64,000 nucleotides of DNA from Octopus sinensis (taxonomy: Eukaryota): positions 1-64,000 of the forward strand of contig NW_021836294.1 of assembly GCF_006345805.1 (NCBI RefSeq), given 5' to 3'. Below, one piece after another: positions 38,368-50,654 of the stretch. Under the pieces are notes generated by a model. The model was given only the letters and a program-made list of their open reading frames with translations. It searched no databases and was not told the DNA's origin. Position 1 is the stretch's first letter; each line of letters starts with the position of its first letter. A program made the position numbers and the translations under genes.

Positions 38368-39109
38368 TATATAATGCGTAATCTTCCGTGCCGGAAGCGA
38401 ACATCTCAAGAAATACTCAATCCTGGATAATGCTTCCTAGCATATCTGAACGTAAAGCTAAAGAAAGAAAAAATTTGCTTCCTCAAAAGATTTAAGATGT
38501 GTATGTTCTGTGACGTATCTAGTTGGGAGAAGGGTTGGGGGCGATCTGATTGCTCCATGCAACGCATGTACGGAACAGGTCTTGGTGTCCGTGAGGAAGA
38601 GGTCAAAAATCAAAGGTCTGTCCCGGGTGCCGCACCCTCTAGCTACGTGGGAGAATAAGTTTACGTATGGCGAGTATCTTCGCTCAGTTTTCAGTTTGAG
38701 GATATCTTGTCCTTCTGTCCCTCCTTTCCATTGTATTCAGAGACCCTGAAAGGGGTCACAGACATTGCCCTCTCCGTTGACGAAGTGATTGGATAATGAG
38801 GCTTTTTGGGTTCATTGCGGAACCGCTACCGTCTCGCTTTCTCTCTCGCTCTCTCTTCCCTTCTCTCGCTCTCTTCCACTCTCTCGCTCTCTTACACACA
38901 CACACACATACGCACACACCTTTCGAGTCACACACTTTGGTCTCAAAGGGGGACGGACACATTAGATAATATTGTCCTACACATACTATGTTTCAATAAG
39001 AGACAAGATGGCCACCGTTGGAATGTCTTTATCATAACTTAATCAGGAATACCTTGTAATCAGTCAACTATTAAGATTCTGCTAATCCCAAACTAATTAC
39101 AGTGGCCGT

Positions 39110-39340
39110 AATGGCGATGAGCCGGCAGAATCGTTAGCGCGATGGACGAAATGTGCGGCGGCATTTCGTCCAGTTCCTTACGTTCTGAGTTCAAATTCCG
39201 CCATGGTCGATTCTACCTTCATAAAATAATATACTAGTCAAGTAGTGGTGAGAGGAGGGACACACATACGATCTAATCACTTAACTCCTACCCTCAAAAC
39301 TGCTGGCCTTGTGCCAAAATTTGAAATAATTACGATGGTT
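39110..39340 (+). mobile_element. Diverged SINE-A, tail type 1
   Basis: GTTCTGAGTTCAAATTCCGCC; GGCCTTGTGCCAAAATTTGAAAT. Confidence 0.7.
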
Positions 39341-39885
39341 ATAAATTGCAATTACCAGAAAGAATTTTCATGTGAATGCTCAAGCTGGAATTGATCCCTT
39401 ATCGCTGATTCGTCTTACCGGTAGTTTAGCTTAGCCTTACCCGCTATTCTTTTAAACACAGTACAAAAGAAAAAGGAAAAAAAATACAAAATAACTGTCT
39501 AAATTAGCTGTTAAATGATACGATAAAAAAGTTATACATAACATTTATCTCTTTACAAATCCCCTAACCTTATTTTCCCTCGCCCCCATATCATACGAAC
39601 CCTATTCTTAGCCATAATAAGATCCTTATTTTAGAGACTTGATTACTTTGTATGTTTAAACAAGATAAGGAAACTACGGGACACACATATTTCCCTTGAT
39701 AGGAGAGGTTTTCTGCTGTTATCTTTCTCCACTTAAAAACCTTTGTTGTGTCCCTTTGTCATGTTATCTCACGAATATAAACACAATATAAACATTTATT
39801 TCGCCGTCGTGTATTATCAGGAACTGAAAAGTAGAGTTGTTCGTGCGAGTGGCAGAGACAGAAGGGAAGTTGGATAAAAATTCTA

Positions 39886-40306
39886 GGATTTTTTCGGTTT
39901 GAACGGCAGTTTTTCCTAGCGGTGTCATATGAAATTGTCACCCATAATTATGACCCTAGTATCGATCTATTGCATTTCAATCTGTTTTAGGGTTAGAGTT
40001 AGGGTTAGGGGTGGGGGAAGGGTATCTTTTTTTTTCAGAAATGTAAATAAACCCAATCTGTTTCTTAAACGAGGGACATATTCATACGGCACAGAATGCT
40101 TTTTAACTCAATAGACGTCACTGATTGGTTGAAATTGCAGAAATTGAAGAAAAAGACAACAAATATCTTACAAACTATAGAATTTTCTCAATAAAGCTAA
40201 GAGAAAAAGATGTTTTATAAACACATTCTACCAGTATACGAAGTTTAAAAGTGTTTAATTAACTAGAAATTGTGTTAAAAAACTGCCGTTCAAACCAAAA
40301 AGATCC
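39886..40306. mobile_element. MITE-Y monomer (GG termini, 8-bp TSD; superfamily uncertain, Merlin/hAT/P-type TSD length)
   Basis: TIRs GGATTTTTTCGGTTTGAACGGCAGTTTT / AAAAACTGCCGTTCAAACCAAAAAGATCC; AAATTCTA at 39878-39885 and 40307-40314. Confidence 0.85.
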
Positions 40307-40509
40307 AAATTCTATACAGTTGATGTTGCTTGAGAAGTCGAATAATAATAATTAAGGACCAACCATGAAATATATACTGGAGTGGATTCGATGACTGAGA
40401 TGTAAAAAATTAAATAAACGAGGTCCGTCTTTTGCTAATTTTACAAATCGATATTGTAGTTAATAAGACCAATGGTGGTGGTGGTATGGAATAAGGAGCA
40501 GGGGGAGGA

Positions 40510-40680
40510 TAATAATAGTGGTTTCAAATTGTACCACAAAGGCAGCAATTTTGGGGGAGGAAGATAGTCGATGACATAGACCCCAATAGGTTGAAAGGCA
40601 AAGTCGACCTCGGCGGAATTTGAACTCAGAACATACAGACGGTCGAAATGCCGCTAAGTATTTGCGCTAGCGTCCTAATA
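40510..40680 (-). mobile_element. Diverged SINE-A
   Basis: GGCAAAGTCGACCTCGGCGGAATTTGAACTCAGAAC. Confidence 0.7.
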
Positions 40681-41025
40681 ATAAGATCCATGTCAACTTG
40701 ATAACGTCTAGGATTCTTTTAATAAATTCCAGAGCTTCTTTGGTCAAAAGTTAGGATCAAAACACTTAGGTATACTGGTGATTAGTATTAATCATATCTG
40801 GCAAGGTTCTATTTCTGATGACCTCATATGTTAAGTTAGAGGTTAGAGACCAAAACAGGAGATTCTTGTGAAAATGTCGAGTGTTCATGAGATAATCTCT
40901 TATTTTAAAATCTACTTATACTTTATTTTCTAACATTTTCCTGTACAAAATATTTTCTAGTTTAAGTTCTAAACACAATTTCGTGTGATTCATACTTATA
41001 TATTCATACTTATATATTCATACAT

Positions 41026-41425
41026 AGGCGCTGGAGTGGCTGTGTGGTAAGTAGCTTGCTTACCAACCACATGGTTCCGGGTTCAGTCCCACTGCGCGGC
41101 TTCTTGGGCAAGTGTCTTCTGCTATAGCCCCGGGCCGACCAATGCCTTGTGAGTGGATTTGGTAGACGGAAACTGAAAGAAGCCTGTCGTATATATGTAT
41201 ATATTTATATGTATGTGTGTGTGCCTGTCTTTGTACCCCTAGCATTGCTTGACAACCGATACTGGTGTGTTTACGTCCCCGTCACTTAGCGGTTCGGCAA
41301 AAAGAGACCGATAGAATAAGTACTGGGCTTACAAAGAATAAGTCCCGGGGTCGAGTTGCTCGATTAAAGGCGGTGCTCCAGCATGGCCGCAGTCAAATGA
41401 CTGAAACAAGTAAGAGAGTAAGAGA
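41026..41425 (+). mobile_element. SINE-B, full length
   Basis: Complete head, core and tail. Confidence 0.9.
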
Positions 41426-42216
41426 GAATATATTGTCGAATAGCCCTGATATTAATATTCGACTAGCATTTAAAATATGGGTGAATTTAGGGATTTAAAT
41501 TCAAGACGTAAAATAGAAAAATGCAACTAAAAACTGAAAGACAGTTTGTCCGGATCTCTGTCGATTCTTCCATTAACCAGCCTCAATTTTCTATGAAGAA
41601 AATATATCCGTTTCCTTGCTGTGCAGCAATAAAGCCAGCTGGTCTTGATCAGATATCAGCTGATGTTCACAAGAGAAAGAGAGAGCACTTTACATTCACA
41701 CATTCATTACCAAGATATGACAGGAAGTTTAATTATCCTCTGAACTTAGATGTATTCGTTGTCAACTTTCGGGAAGAAGAGTGGCAGATTTGCATTCAGA
41801 AACGACTTGCGTTTCACTCTGAACAGGAGGAGGAGGGGCGAGGGACAGAGCAAAGATGAGCTGCAATCAATCTTGTGAAAAACTAGGATTCTTTCTGTAG
41901 TTCTCCATTTACACTTTATGTAAAGTTATCTATCCCACAAGTTCTGAAATTTGCAAATAACTGTCCCCTCTCCACACAAGGGATTTTTAAACCCCTTCTT
42001 CTTTATTAATGGGATCATAGAACAGGTTCTGCTTCCATATATATAGGCGCAGGAGTGGCTGTGTGGTAAGTAGCTTGTCTACCAACCACATGGTTCCGGG
42101 TTCAGTCCCACTGCGTGGCACCTTGGGCAAGTATCTTCTACTATAGCCTCGGGCCGACCAAAACCTTGTGAGTGGATTTGGTAGACGGAAACTGAAAGAA
42201 GCCAGTCGTATATATG

Positions 42217-42250
<34 letters not shown>

Positions 42251-42253
<3 letters not shown>

Positions 42254-42632
42254 CAGTATCGCCCGGCGTTGCTCGGGTTTGTAAGGGACTAATATAAGCA
42301 GAGTAGAGAGTTAAAACAAAAAATGCATTAAAAATGGAAAAAAAATGATGGTAATTTTTTTTTAAATCGTTGACTCATCGTAGACATTTTTAGAGAGTTA
42401 CTTCCCTTATATAATAGCGAAAAAATGCATCAAAATGGAAAAAAATGATGGTAAATTATTTTTAAAATCGTAGACTCATCGTAGACGCGCGCTAATACCC
42501 AGAAGGGCTCGATATGAATCACGACTATAAGATACCCGCTTTTGGTTACACTGCACCGCAAAATGTGGGAGTAGTTAGGAATCTAAATCGTAGGAGACAG
42601 ACATCACACAACCTCTCTTTTATATATAAAGA
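42251..42632 (-). mobile_element. Non-autonomous Helitron (type I)
   Basis: High similarity to 5461-5846; A|TCTTTATATATAAAAG 5' end. Confidence 0.9.
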
Positions 42633-42806
42633 TTAAGCCAAATGAATGTAGTTCATACTGCTTATAGTTTTATTGTTACTCACTATATAGGCTTGATGAA
42701 CCCTCTTCATGTTCATACTTTCTATATTGGCTGCGACTTTTTGTATTTTTTACGTATCAGTTTGTATTTTCTCTGGATATATGCCCGTATTTACTTGTAG
42801 CGTATA

Positions 42807-43170
42807 CTAGCAGTATCGCCCGGCGTTGCTCAGGTTTGTAAGGGAATAACTATAAAGCATTTTTAGAGTTATAGCCAAAAATAGCAAAAAATGGAAAAAA
42901 TGATGTAAATTTTTTTTTGAGTAAAAAAGTTTGAGTTGCGTCCCCTATACAGTCTGTGGTTTATTTTTTTTTGATTCTCGACCCCATGTCGAATTTATCG
43001 ATTTTTTTCAGAACTGGGGGAACTTTTCAAAATTTTCGCTGCGTTAGTTTTGAATTATGACATTGGGCTATGTGTTGTCAAGTTTCATCAGAATCGGTTG
43101 ACAGCCGTGGTCAGGTGAGGGTACGAGAAAACAGACACACAGAAACACGCACAGACAAACTGCCGTTTAT

Positions 43171-43175
<5 letters not shown>
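42807..43175 (-). mobile_element. Non-autonomous Helitron (internal type III)
   Basis: CTAGCAGTATCGCCCGGCGTTGCTCAGG terminus; different interior; A|TCTCTATAAACGG 5' end. Confidence 0.85.
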
Positions 43176-43207
<32 letters not shown>

Positions 43208-43491
43208 TGTGTGTGTTTGTCTGTGTTTGTCCCCTAGCATTGCTTGACAACCGATGCTGGTGTGTTTATGTCCCCGTTACTTAGCGGTTCGGCAAAAGAG
43301 ACCGATAGAATAAGTACTGGGCTTACAAAAAGAATAAGTCCCGGGGTCGAGTTGCTCGATTAAAGGCGGTGCTCCAGCATGGCCGCAGTCAAATGACTGA
43401 AACAAGTAAAAGAGTAAAAGAGTATATAATTCTTTCTTCACCATGTTTTAAAACCAAGTTAAAAACCATCCAACATTATTATATACAAGCA

Positions 43492-43838
43492 CTATGACCC
43501 GGCAAAGCTAGTGCATGCATATACAGCTGCGTGCGTGCGCACATACACGCGAGTACTGTCCAAATCTCCGACCAATCACATACAGCTAGCTGACATTCAA
43601 TTGGCGTATCAAGTTTTGGGCATTTTGATTGGGTTTTGGATAGAAAATTCACAAAAAAGTCACTTCTATTGATTTTTTTTCATGGCTTTGCGGGGTGACT
43701 GGCGAAATGTAAAGATGTGCACGACCACCCTTGGATGGTTTTGAATGACCATAGAAAGTGCGAGCCCTCTAACTGAAAAATTGTGGATTTGTATAAAGGA
43801 TACACACACTGACATTTTGCCGTTTATATATCTAGAGA
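43492..43838 (-). mobile_element. Probable Helitron (internal type IV), 3' end degraded
   Basis: ...TTGCCGTTTATATATCTAGAGAT end resembles type III; GACCCGGCAAAG remnant at the other end. Confidence 0.5.
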
Positions 43839-44542
43839 TAATTTTCTATTCTCCAACTTCAGCTTTCGATTAAGTAAACCAAGAAACCAAATATACTTCT
43901 TAATCACCAAGGAAACAAATTGGATAAGAAGATGGTGGTGAAAAACTCTTTTCTTGATAAAAGACTTAGATTAGTATTTAGGGATTTCAAAGTAGGATTT
44001 AGATGGTCCCAAAGACAGAAGTCGATCTGGAGAAGGAGAACATGGAAGAGAGTTTTCAACTTGCAATGCGTTGAAACAAATATTAAAACAGCTAGCTATG
44101 TATCATACTTAACGTGAATACGTCATTACAAGGCAAGTTACCGTGGTATTCGTCCAGAAATAACATCTTTTACGGGTCTGTTGTGCTTTAAAATACTATA
44201 TATATCAGAGAGAAACGAAAATAGTCTCAGCAGCGGTCAGTGAGTATACTCGATGTATTCTGCTTTTGTGGCGTCGTCAATGGCGTATATTCTCAGCCAT
44301 TCATATGCCTAGGTAAGATATGTAGTCTCCGATATAATGGGAAGCACTGCTTGAATATAAATTATGAGGAATTATGTTTCTCAAAACCATAAAGGAGAAA
44401 GCTGATTCGAAGACTACAGATCCAAACCATCACTGGAATTGTACAAATCTGTAAAACTTGCCAGAAGTTTATCGTTTAAGTATTATAATTGCGAATAAGC
44501 CCCAGCTGAATAAAAGTGTCACAGAAGCAGTATTAGATTAAA

Positions 44543-44773
44543 GGCGGCGAGCTGGCAGAACCGTTAGCACGCCGGGCGAAATGCTTAGCGGTATTTCGTC
44601 TGTCGCTAAGTTCTGAGTTCAAATTCCGCCGAGGTCGACTTTGCCTTTCATCCTTTCGGGGTCGATAAATTAAGTACCAGTTACGCACTGGGGTCGATAT
44701 AATCGACTTAATACCTATGTCTGTCCTTGTTTGTCCCCTCTGTGTTTAGCCCCTTGTGGGTAATAAAGAAATA
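44543..44773 (+). mobile_element. SINE-A monomer, full length, tail type 2 (reference copy)
   Basis: Flanked by AGTATTAGATTAAAGG at 44529-44544 and 44774-44789. Confidence 0.95.
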
Positions 44774-45013
44774 AGTATTAGATTAAAGGTATTAGTTGAT
44801 GCCTTTGAGGAAATAGGATAGAAGATAGAAACCTATTGCGCAGGGGATAACTAGAAGGTCCTGCAAAATAAGTTTGCTTGTAGTGACTGACCAGACATGG
44901 CGAAGTAAACGTGAGGTAACCTCCTCGAATCACATCGACTCATAAGGGCCGGTTTCCTGATTCCACGGCGTATATATTACCCACCTGGATAGGACGCCAG
45001 TCCGTCGCAGGTT

Positions 45014-45049
<36 letters not shown>

Positions 45050-45053
<4 letters not shown>

Positions 45054-45408
45054 TATTTGTTTCAGTCATTTAACTGTGGCCATGCTGGAGCACCACCTTT
45101 AGTCGAGCAAATCGACCCAGAACTTATTCATTTTAAACGTAGTACTTATTCTATCGGTCTCTTTTGCAGAACCACTAAGTTACGGAGACGTAAACATACC
45201 AGCATCGGGTGGGGGGCGGTGTAGAGGGAAAGTCGATAAGATCGAACCCAGTGTTCATCGGTCCTCGAAAGGATGAAAAGTTTCCGTCTGCCAAATCTAC
45301 TCACAAGGCTTCGGTCACTCCGAGGCAGTAGTAGAAGACACTTGCCCATAGTGCCGCGCAGTAGGATTGAACCCAGAACAATGTGGTTGGGAAGCAAGCA
45401 TATATATA

Positions 45409-45458
<50 letters not shown>

Positions 45459-45640
45459 ACACACACACACACATACACACGACGGGGTTCTTTCTGTTTC
45501 TGTCTACGAAATCCACTGACAAGATTTTGTCAGCTCTGGGCTATAGTAAAACACATTTGACCAAGGTACCTTCCAAGGTGCAGTGCAGTTGGACCGAACC
45601 CAAAACTACGTGGTTGAGAAGTAAGTTTCTTATAAAACAA
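45050..45640 (-). mobile_element. SINE-B fragments (one with a SINE-A piece at ~45215-45275)
   Basis: Tail 45050-45210; heads 45280-45400 and 45480-45640. Confidence 0.7.
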
Positions 45641-46262
45641 CCATATATATATATGTACACGTGCTTAACACACATGTATGTGTATGTATGAATGCGTATG
45701 TATGCATGAATGCGTATGTTGTGTTTGTATATCACAACGATGTGTGGATCATCTAACAAGAATTGATCGCATATCTAGTGTCCTTTTTTTTTTAATTTCA
45801 TCAAATATTGAAAAATCTTATGAAATGATCATTATTTTATTATTTTATTGATATTGAAATCGACGCGGAATTTTTTCATCGTATGTCTACTGCCAGAAAA
45901 ACAATCTTTAATCCAGAAGTGATATACTCTACAGTACATCATTCACTGAAAGATACAAGGATATTCTTAAAACCTATCACAGGATGAGCGATATATAAAG
46001 AAAAATACGGACGCTGACTGTGGAGCTTGAAGATCAATATGTCGGAGTGACATCGAGAAGACAGAGCCGGAACTCGATTTACGTTACCAAGACAAAACAC
46101 AAAGGCAGCTGGCAGGTAATCGATGACAAATCAGGTGATACAAAATACAAACCTGCTCTCGATAAAACAATATGATCGAAAATTTAATTACTCATCAGGA
46201 GAGATAAATTGGGATTTGACATTAAAGAAACTGGTTAACTTCTATTTAAACTATATGTACGA

Positions 46263-46560
46263 TAATGGTTTCCAATTTTGCCACAAGGGCAGCCATTCTT
46301 TGGGTGGTGGGGAGAGGAGTAGTCATTTAATAATGGTTTCCAATTTTGCCACAAGGGCAACCATTCTTTGGGTGGTGGGGAGAGGAGTAGTCGTTTAATA
46401 ATGGTTTCCAATTTTGCCACAAGGGCAACCATTCTTTGGGTGGTGGGGAGAGGAGTAGTCGTTTAATAATGGTTTCCAATTTTGCCACAAGGGCAACCAT
46501 TCTTTGGGTGGTGGAGAGAGGAGTAGTCGTTTAAATCGACGCCAGTGCGTAACTGGTACT
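46263..46560 (-). repeat. Four 68-bp tandem copies of a SINE-A type-1 tail
   Basis: TAATGGTTTCC at 46263, 46331, 46399, 46467; SINE-A core follows at 46535-46570. Confidence 0.9.
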
Positions 46561-46724
46561 TAATTTATCGGGACCGCGATCCTACGTCCGCGAGTCCGTT
46601 GCCCTAACCACGGGGCCATTGCGCCTCCACACGACTTACATAGAATACAAGTACCAGTATATATACACGTACGTACATATATATTACATATGTGTGCAGG
46701 TGTATGTGTGTTTTTGTGTCTGTG

Positions 46725-47345
46725 TCTCCCTATCGCCACTTGACAACCGGTGCTGGTGTGTTTACGTCCCCATAATCTAGCGGTTCGAGAAAATACATCG
46801 ATAGAATAAGTACTAGGCCTCTTTAAAAAAATAGGTCCTAGGGTCGATTTATTCGACAAAAAAAAAACCTTCAAGGTGGTGCTCCAGCATGGCCGCAGTC
46901 AAATGATTGAAACAAGTAAAAGAATAAAAATATATACACACAGGCGCAGGAGTGGCTGTGTGGTAAGTAGCTTGCTAACCAACCACATGGTTCTGGGTTC
47001 AGTCCCACTGCGTGACACCTTGGGCAAATATCTTCTACTATAGCTTCGGGCCGACCAAAGCCTTGTGAGTGGATTTGGTAGACGGAAACTGAAAGAAGCC
47101 CGTCGTATATATGTATATATATATATGTGCGTGTATGTTTGTGTGCCTGTGTTTGTCCCACTAGCATTGCTTGACAACCGATGCTGGTGTGTTTATGTCC
47201 CCGTCACTTAGCGGTTCGGCAAAAGAGACCGATAGAATAAGTACTGGGCTTACAAAAAAGAATAAGTCCCGGGGTTGAGTTGCTCGATTAAAAGGCGGTG
47301 CTCCAGCATGGCCGCAGTCAAATGACTGAAACAAGAAAAAAGAAA
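46725..47345 (+). mobile_element. SINE-B tail (46725-46925) followed by a full-length SINE-B (46942-47345)
   Basis: Consensus matches. Confidence 0.85.
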
Positions 47346-47394
47346 AAGAAAAGGAAAAACAGAAAGACAAACTTACAAATATGTACGCACACTG

Positions 47395-47635
47395 CATGTG
47401 TGTGTGTGTGTACCTGTGTGTGTGTGTGTTTGTGTGTACCTCTGTGTGTGTGTGTGTGTGTGTTTGTGTGTGTGTATCTGTGTGTGTGTGTTTGTGTGTG
47501 TGTACCTGTGTGTGTGTGTGTGTGTGTTTGTGTGTGTGTATCTGTGTGTGTGTGTTTGTGTGTGTGTACCTGTGTGTGTGTGTGTGTGTGTGCCTGTGTG
47601 TGTGTACCTGTATGTGTGTACCTGTGTGTGTGTAA
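47395..47635. repeat. Degenerate (GT)n microsatellite
   Basis: Direct inspection. Confidence 0.95.
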
Positions 47636-48150
47636 TGTTATAGAGCAAAACATGCGAAGTGCATATTGCATGCGTCCTCTGCCTGTCAAACAAATGTACA
47701 GTAATATAAGTATTGGTGACATGTGTCACATGCTGTGAACCTAAAAATCGCAGTTGCAACATTTTAGAATAGAAAGGGCAAACGTTTATCCAGACGAGCA
47801 ATTTTCTTGCCACGAATGGCTAAAACAATTCTTCCAGCATTCAACGAGTGTCACCAACATTCAGTCTGCAGGGCCAAATGTCGTTAAACAAAACCTTAGT
47901 GAGAGTCTCGACTGATTCACATTAAAACCAGGCAACAATATGTCGCGTAATTTGACATCCGAGATGCAAGAGATAACAGAACGTTCGGTTTAGGAGATAA
48001 TTAACAGTTACGAAAACTTGTCATCAAGAGAAAAAAAAATGCATAGATTGGAGATAACAAAATAACTAGATGCAATATGGTGAGTCTACACACACGCACA
48101 CACTTGAGCGAACTTGACTACTCAGTCAAACTTCCGTGCATATAAATATA

Positions 48151-48579
48151 TATTTCTTTACGACCCACAAGGGGCTAAGCATAGAGGGGACAAACAAGGT
48201 CAGACAAAGGGATTAAGTCGATTACATCGACCCCAGTGCGAAACTGGTACTTTATTTATCGGCCCCAAGAGGATGAAAGGCAGAGTCGACCTCGGTGGAA
48301 TTTGAACTCAGAACGTAACGACAGACGAAATACCTATTTCTTTATTACCCACAAGGGGCTAAACATATAGGGGACAAACGGATTAAGTCTATTATATCGA
48401 TATAAGGATTAAGTCGATTACATCGACCCCAGTGCGAAACTGGTACTTTATTTATCGGCCCCCAAGAGGATGAAAGGCAAAGTCGACCTCGGCGGTATTT
48501 GAACTCAGAACGTAACGACAGACGAAATACCGCTAAGCATTTCGCCCGGCGTGCTAACGTTTCTGCCAGCTCGCCGCCT
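48151..48579 (-). mobile_element. SINE-A dimer with TSD
   Basis: CGTGCATATAAATATA at 48135-48150 and 48580-48595; standard junction at ~48328. Confidence 0.9.
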
Positions 48580-48690
48580 CGTGCATATAAATATATATAC
48601 ATACATATATAAATGCCAACGCATGAAACTTGCGGACCCTGAGTCTTCTATATATGTGTGTGCGTGTCTGTGTGTGTGACAAGAAATAAT

Positions 48691-49489
48691 GGATCTTTTC
48701 CTTTTGAACGGCACTTTGTAACACAATTTCTAGTTAACTAAACACTTTTAAACTTCGTATACTGGTAGAATGTGTTTATAAAACATCATTTTTTCTTGAC
48801 TTTATTGAGAAAATTCTATAGTTTGTAAGATATTTCGTCTTTAATTTCGAGCATTTCGGCAATTTTAACCAATCGCTGACCTCCATTTAGGTAAACAACA
48901 TTCCGTGCTGTCCCTCCTTTAAGAAACAGATTGGGTTTATTTACATTTGCGAAGAAAAAAGATACCCTAACCCTAACTCACCCTAACTCTAACCCTAAAT
49001 CTAAAATAGATTGAAATGCAATGGATCGATACTAGGGTTATAATTATGGGTGACAATTTCATACGACACCGCAACGGAAAATGGGATTTTTTTCTATTGG
49101 TGTCAAATGAAAATGTCACCCATAATTATAACCCTAGTATCGATCTATTGCATTTCAATCTATTTTTAGATTTAGGGTTAGAGTTAGGGTGAGTTAGGGT
49201 TAGGGTATCTTTTTTCTTCACAAATGTAAATAAACCCAATCTGTTTCTTAAAGGAGGGACATATTCATACAGCACGGAATGTTGTTTACCTAAATGGAGG
49301 TCAGCGATTGGTTAAAATTGCCGAAATGCTCGAAATTAAAGATGAAATATCTTACAAACTATAGAATTTTCTCAATAAAGTCAAGAAAAAATGATGTTTT
49401 ATAAACACATTCTACCAGTATACGAAGTTTAAAAGTGTTTAGTTAACAAGAAATTGTGTTGAAAAGTGCCGTTCAAAAGGAAAAGATCC
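48691..49489. mobile_element. MITE-Y foldback dimer (~800-bp palindrome)
   Basis: Two ~380-bp inverted arms homologous to 39886-40306; GAAATAAT at 48683-48690 and 49490-49497. Confidence 0.9.
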
Positions 49490-49663
49490 GAAATAATTTT
49501 TGTCTCTTTTTATGGAAACAAAAGGGTTTATAGGACTACGAAAAAAGAAGTGCTCAAATGTAATTGAGATAAAGAAACATTGATCATAGAACAAACATCA
49601 AATTCGAGTCAACTACTTTATATATAACATCGTCCCTTATGAAACATTTCATCAAACATTTGC

Positions 49664-49955
49664 TTGTTCCTTCTCGAGCCATGCCTGGCTCATAAGGGCC
49701 GGTTTCCCGGTTTCCTTGGCGTATAGATTCTCCACCTGGACAGGACGCCAGTCCATTGCAGGTAAGCTGCAAGATGCAGGAGGAAAGAGTGAGAGAAAGT
49801 TGTGGCCAAAGAGTCAGCAGAAGTTCGCCATTACCTTCTGCCGGAGCCGCGTGGAGCTAAGGTGTTTCGCTCATAAACACACACATCGCCCGGTCTGAGA
49901 TTCGAACCCACGATCCCTCGACCGCTGCTCTAACCACTAGGCCATGTGCCTCCAC
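49664..49955 (-). mobile_element. SINE-D
   Basis: Same head and tail as other D copies. Confidence 0.85.
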
Positions 49956-50654
49956 TGATCAAACATTTGATCATATATAAATATGACCATGGTTCTTAAA
50001 CATAAAATATAATCATACAAAAACACAGAAGATAAAAAATATCCATGCGAATAAAATACAAATATATAGAACGGCCCATCAAAAATTTAATACAATCGAC
50101 TAAAAATTCTAAAGCGTATCATGCAACTAAAAATCTAAAAATAAAATAAAATATCAATCGACTAAAAAAAATTATTTCACACAAAAGAGAACGTTCAAAA
50201 AGTTCAATTCATAAAACGATGGTTGGTTAGAGTCCAGGAGCAAAAAGAGTTCCACAAAATCAAATCAAACACACCTCTGGCCATTTCAGGAGTTCATTGA
50301 CGCAGTTCGATCACAAAATGTATCTTGGCAATGACCCCTTCATTATGATGAACAGGAAACACACACAAAACAAAACCAAAAATGAGTTGTTTTTTTTTAT
50401 TGCCCACTAGGGGGCCAACATAGAGGGGACAACACAATCTGATTTTAGGGGTCAGATGAAGCATTATGACATAACATTGAAATGCAATTAAAAATTTAAT
50501 ACAAGACATATAAACGTATGATAAACGAAAGACAAAACGAATGGAGGGGTGAGGTGGGTTCAGCTCCGACCCCACGAGTCCCAATCCACCACTCATATCA
50601 GCAATGTACTCCTGACATGTTCACATGGCTTACATCCACTCGCAACACTTGTGC

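Larger units (their letters stand above)
42046..43405 (+). mobile_element. SINE-B split by Helitron insertions in its internal (TA)n
   Basis: Head 42046-42215; tail resumes at ~43205 where the consensus continues. Confidence 0.8.

Noticed and set aside
44060-44520. Possible decayed LINE coding sequence
   Set aside because: Stops in all frames and no motif I could name.
45990-46170. Open stretch with QYVGVTSRR resembling a GIY-YIG endonuclease motif
   Set aside because: Only five residues match, with no upstream GIY/C-x-x-C or downstream R-x-x-EH in frame.
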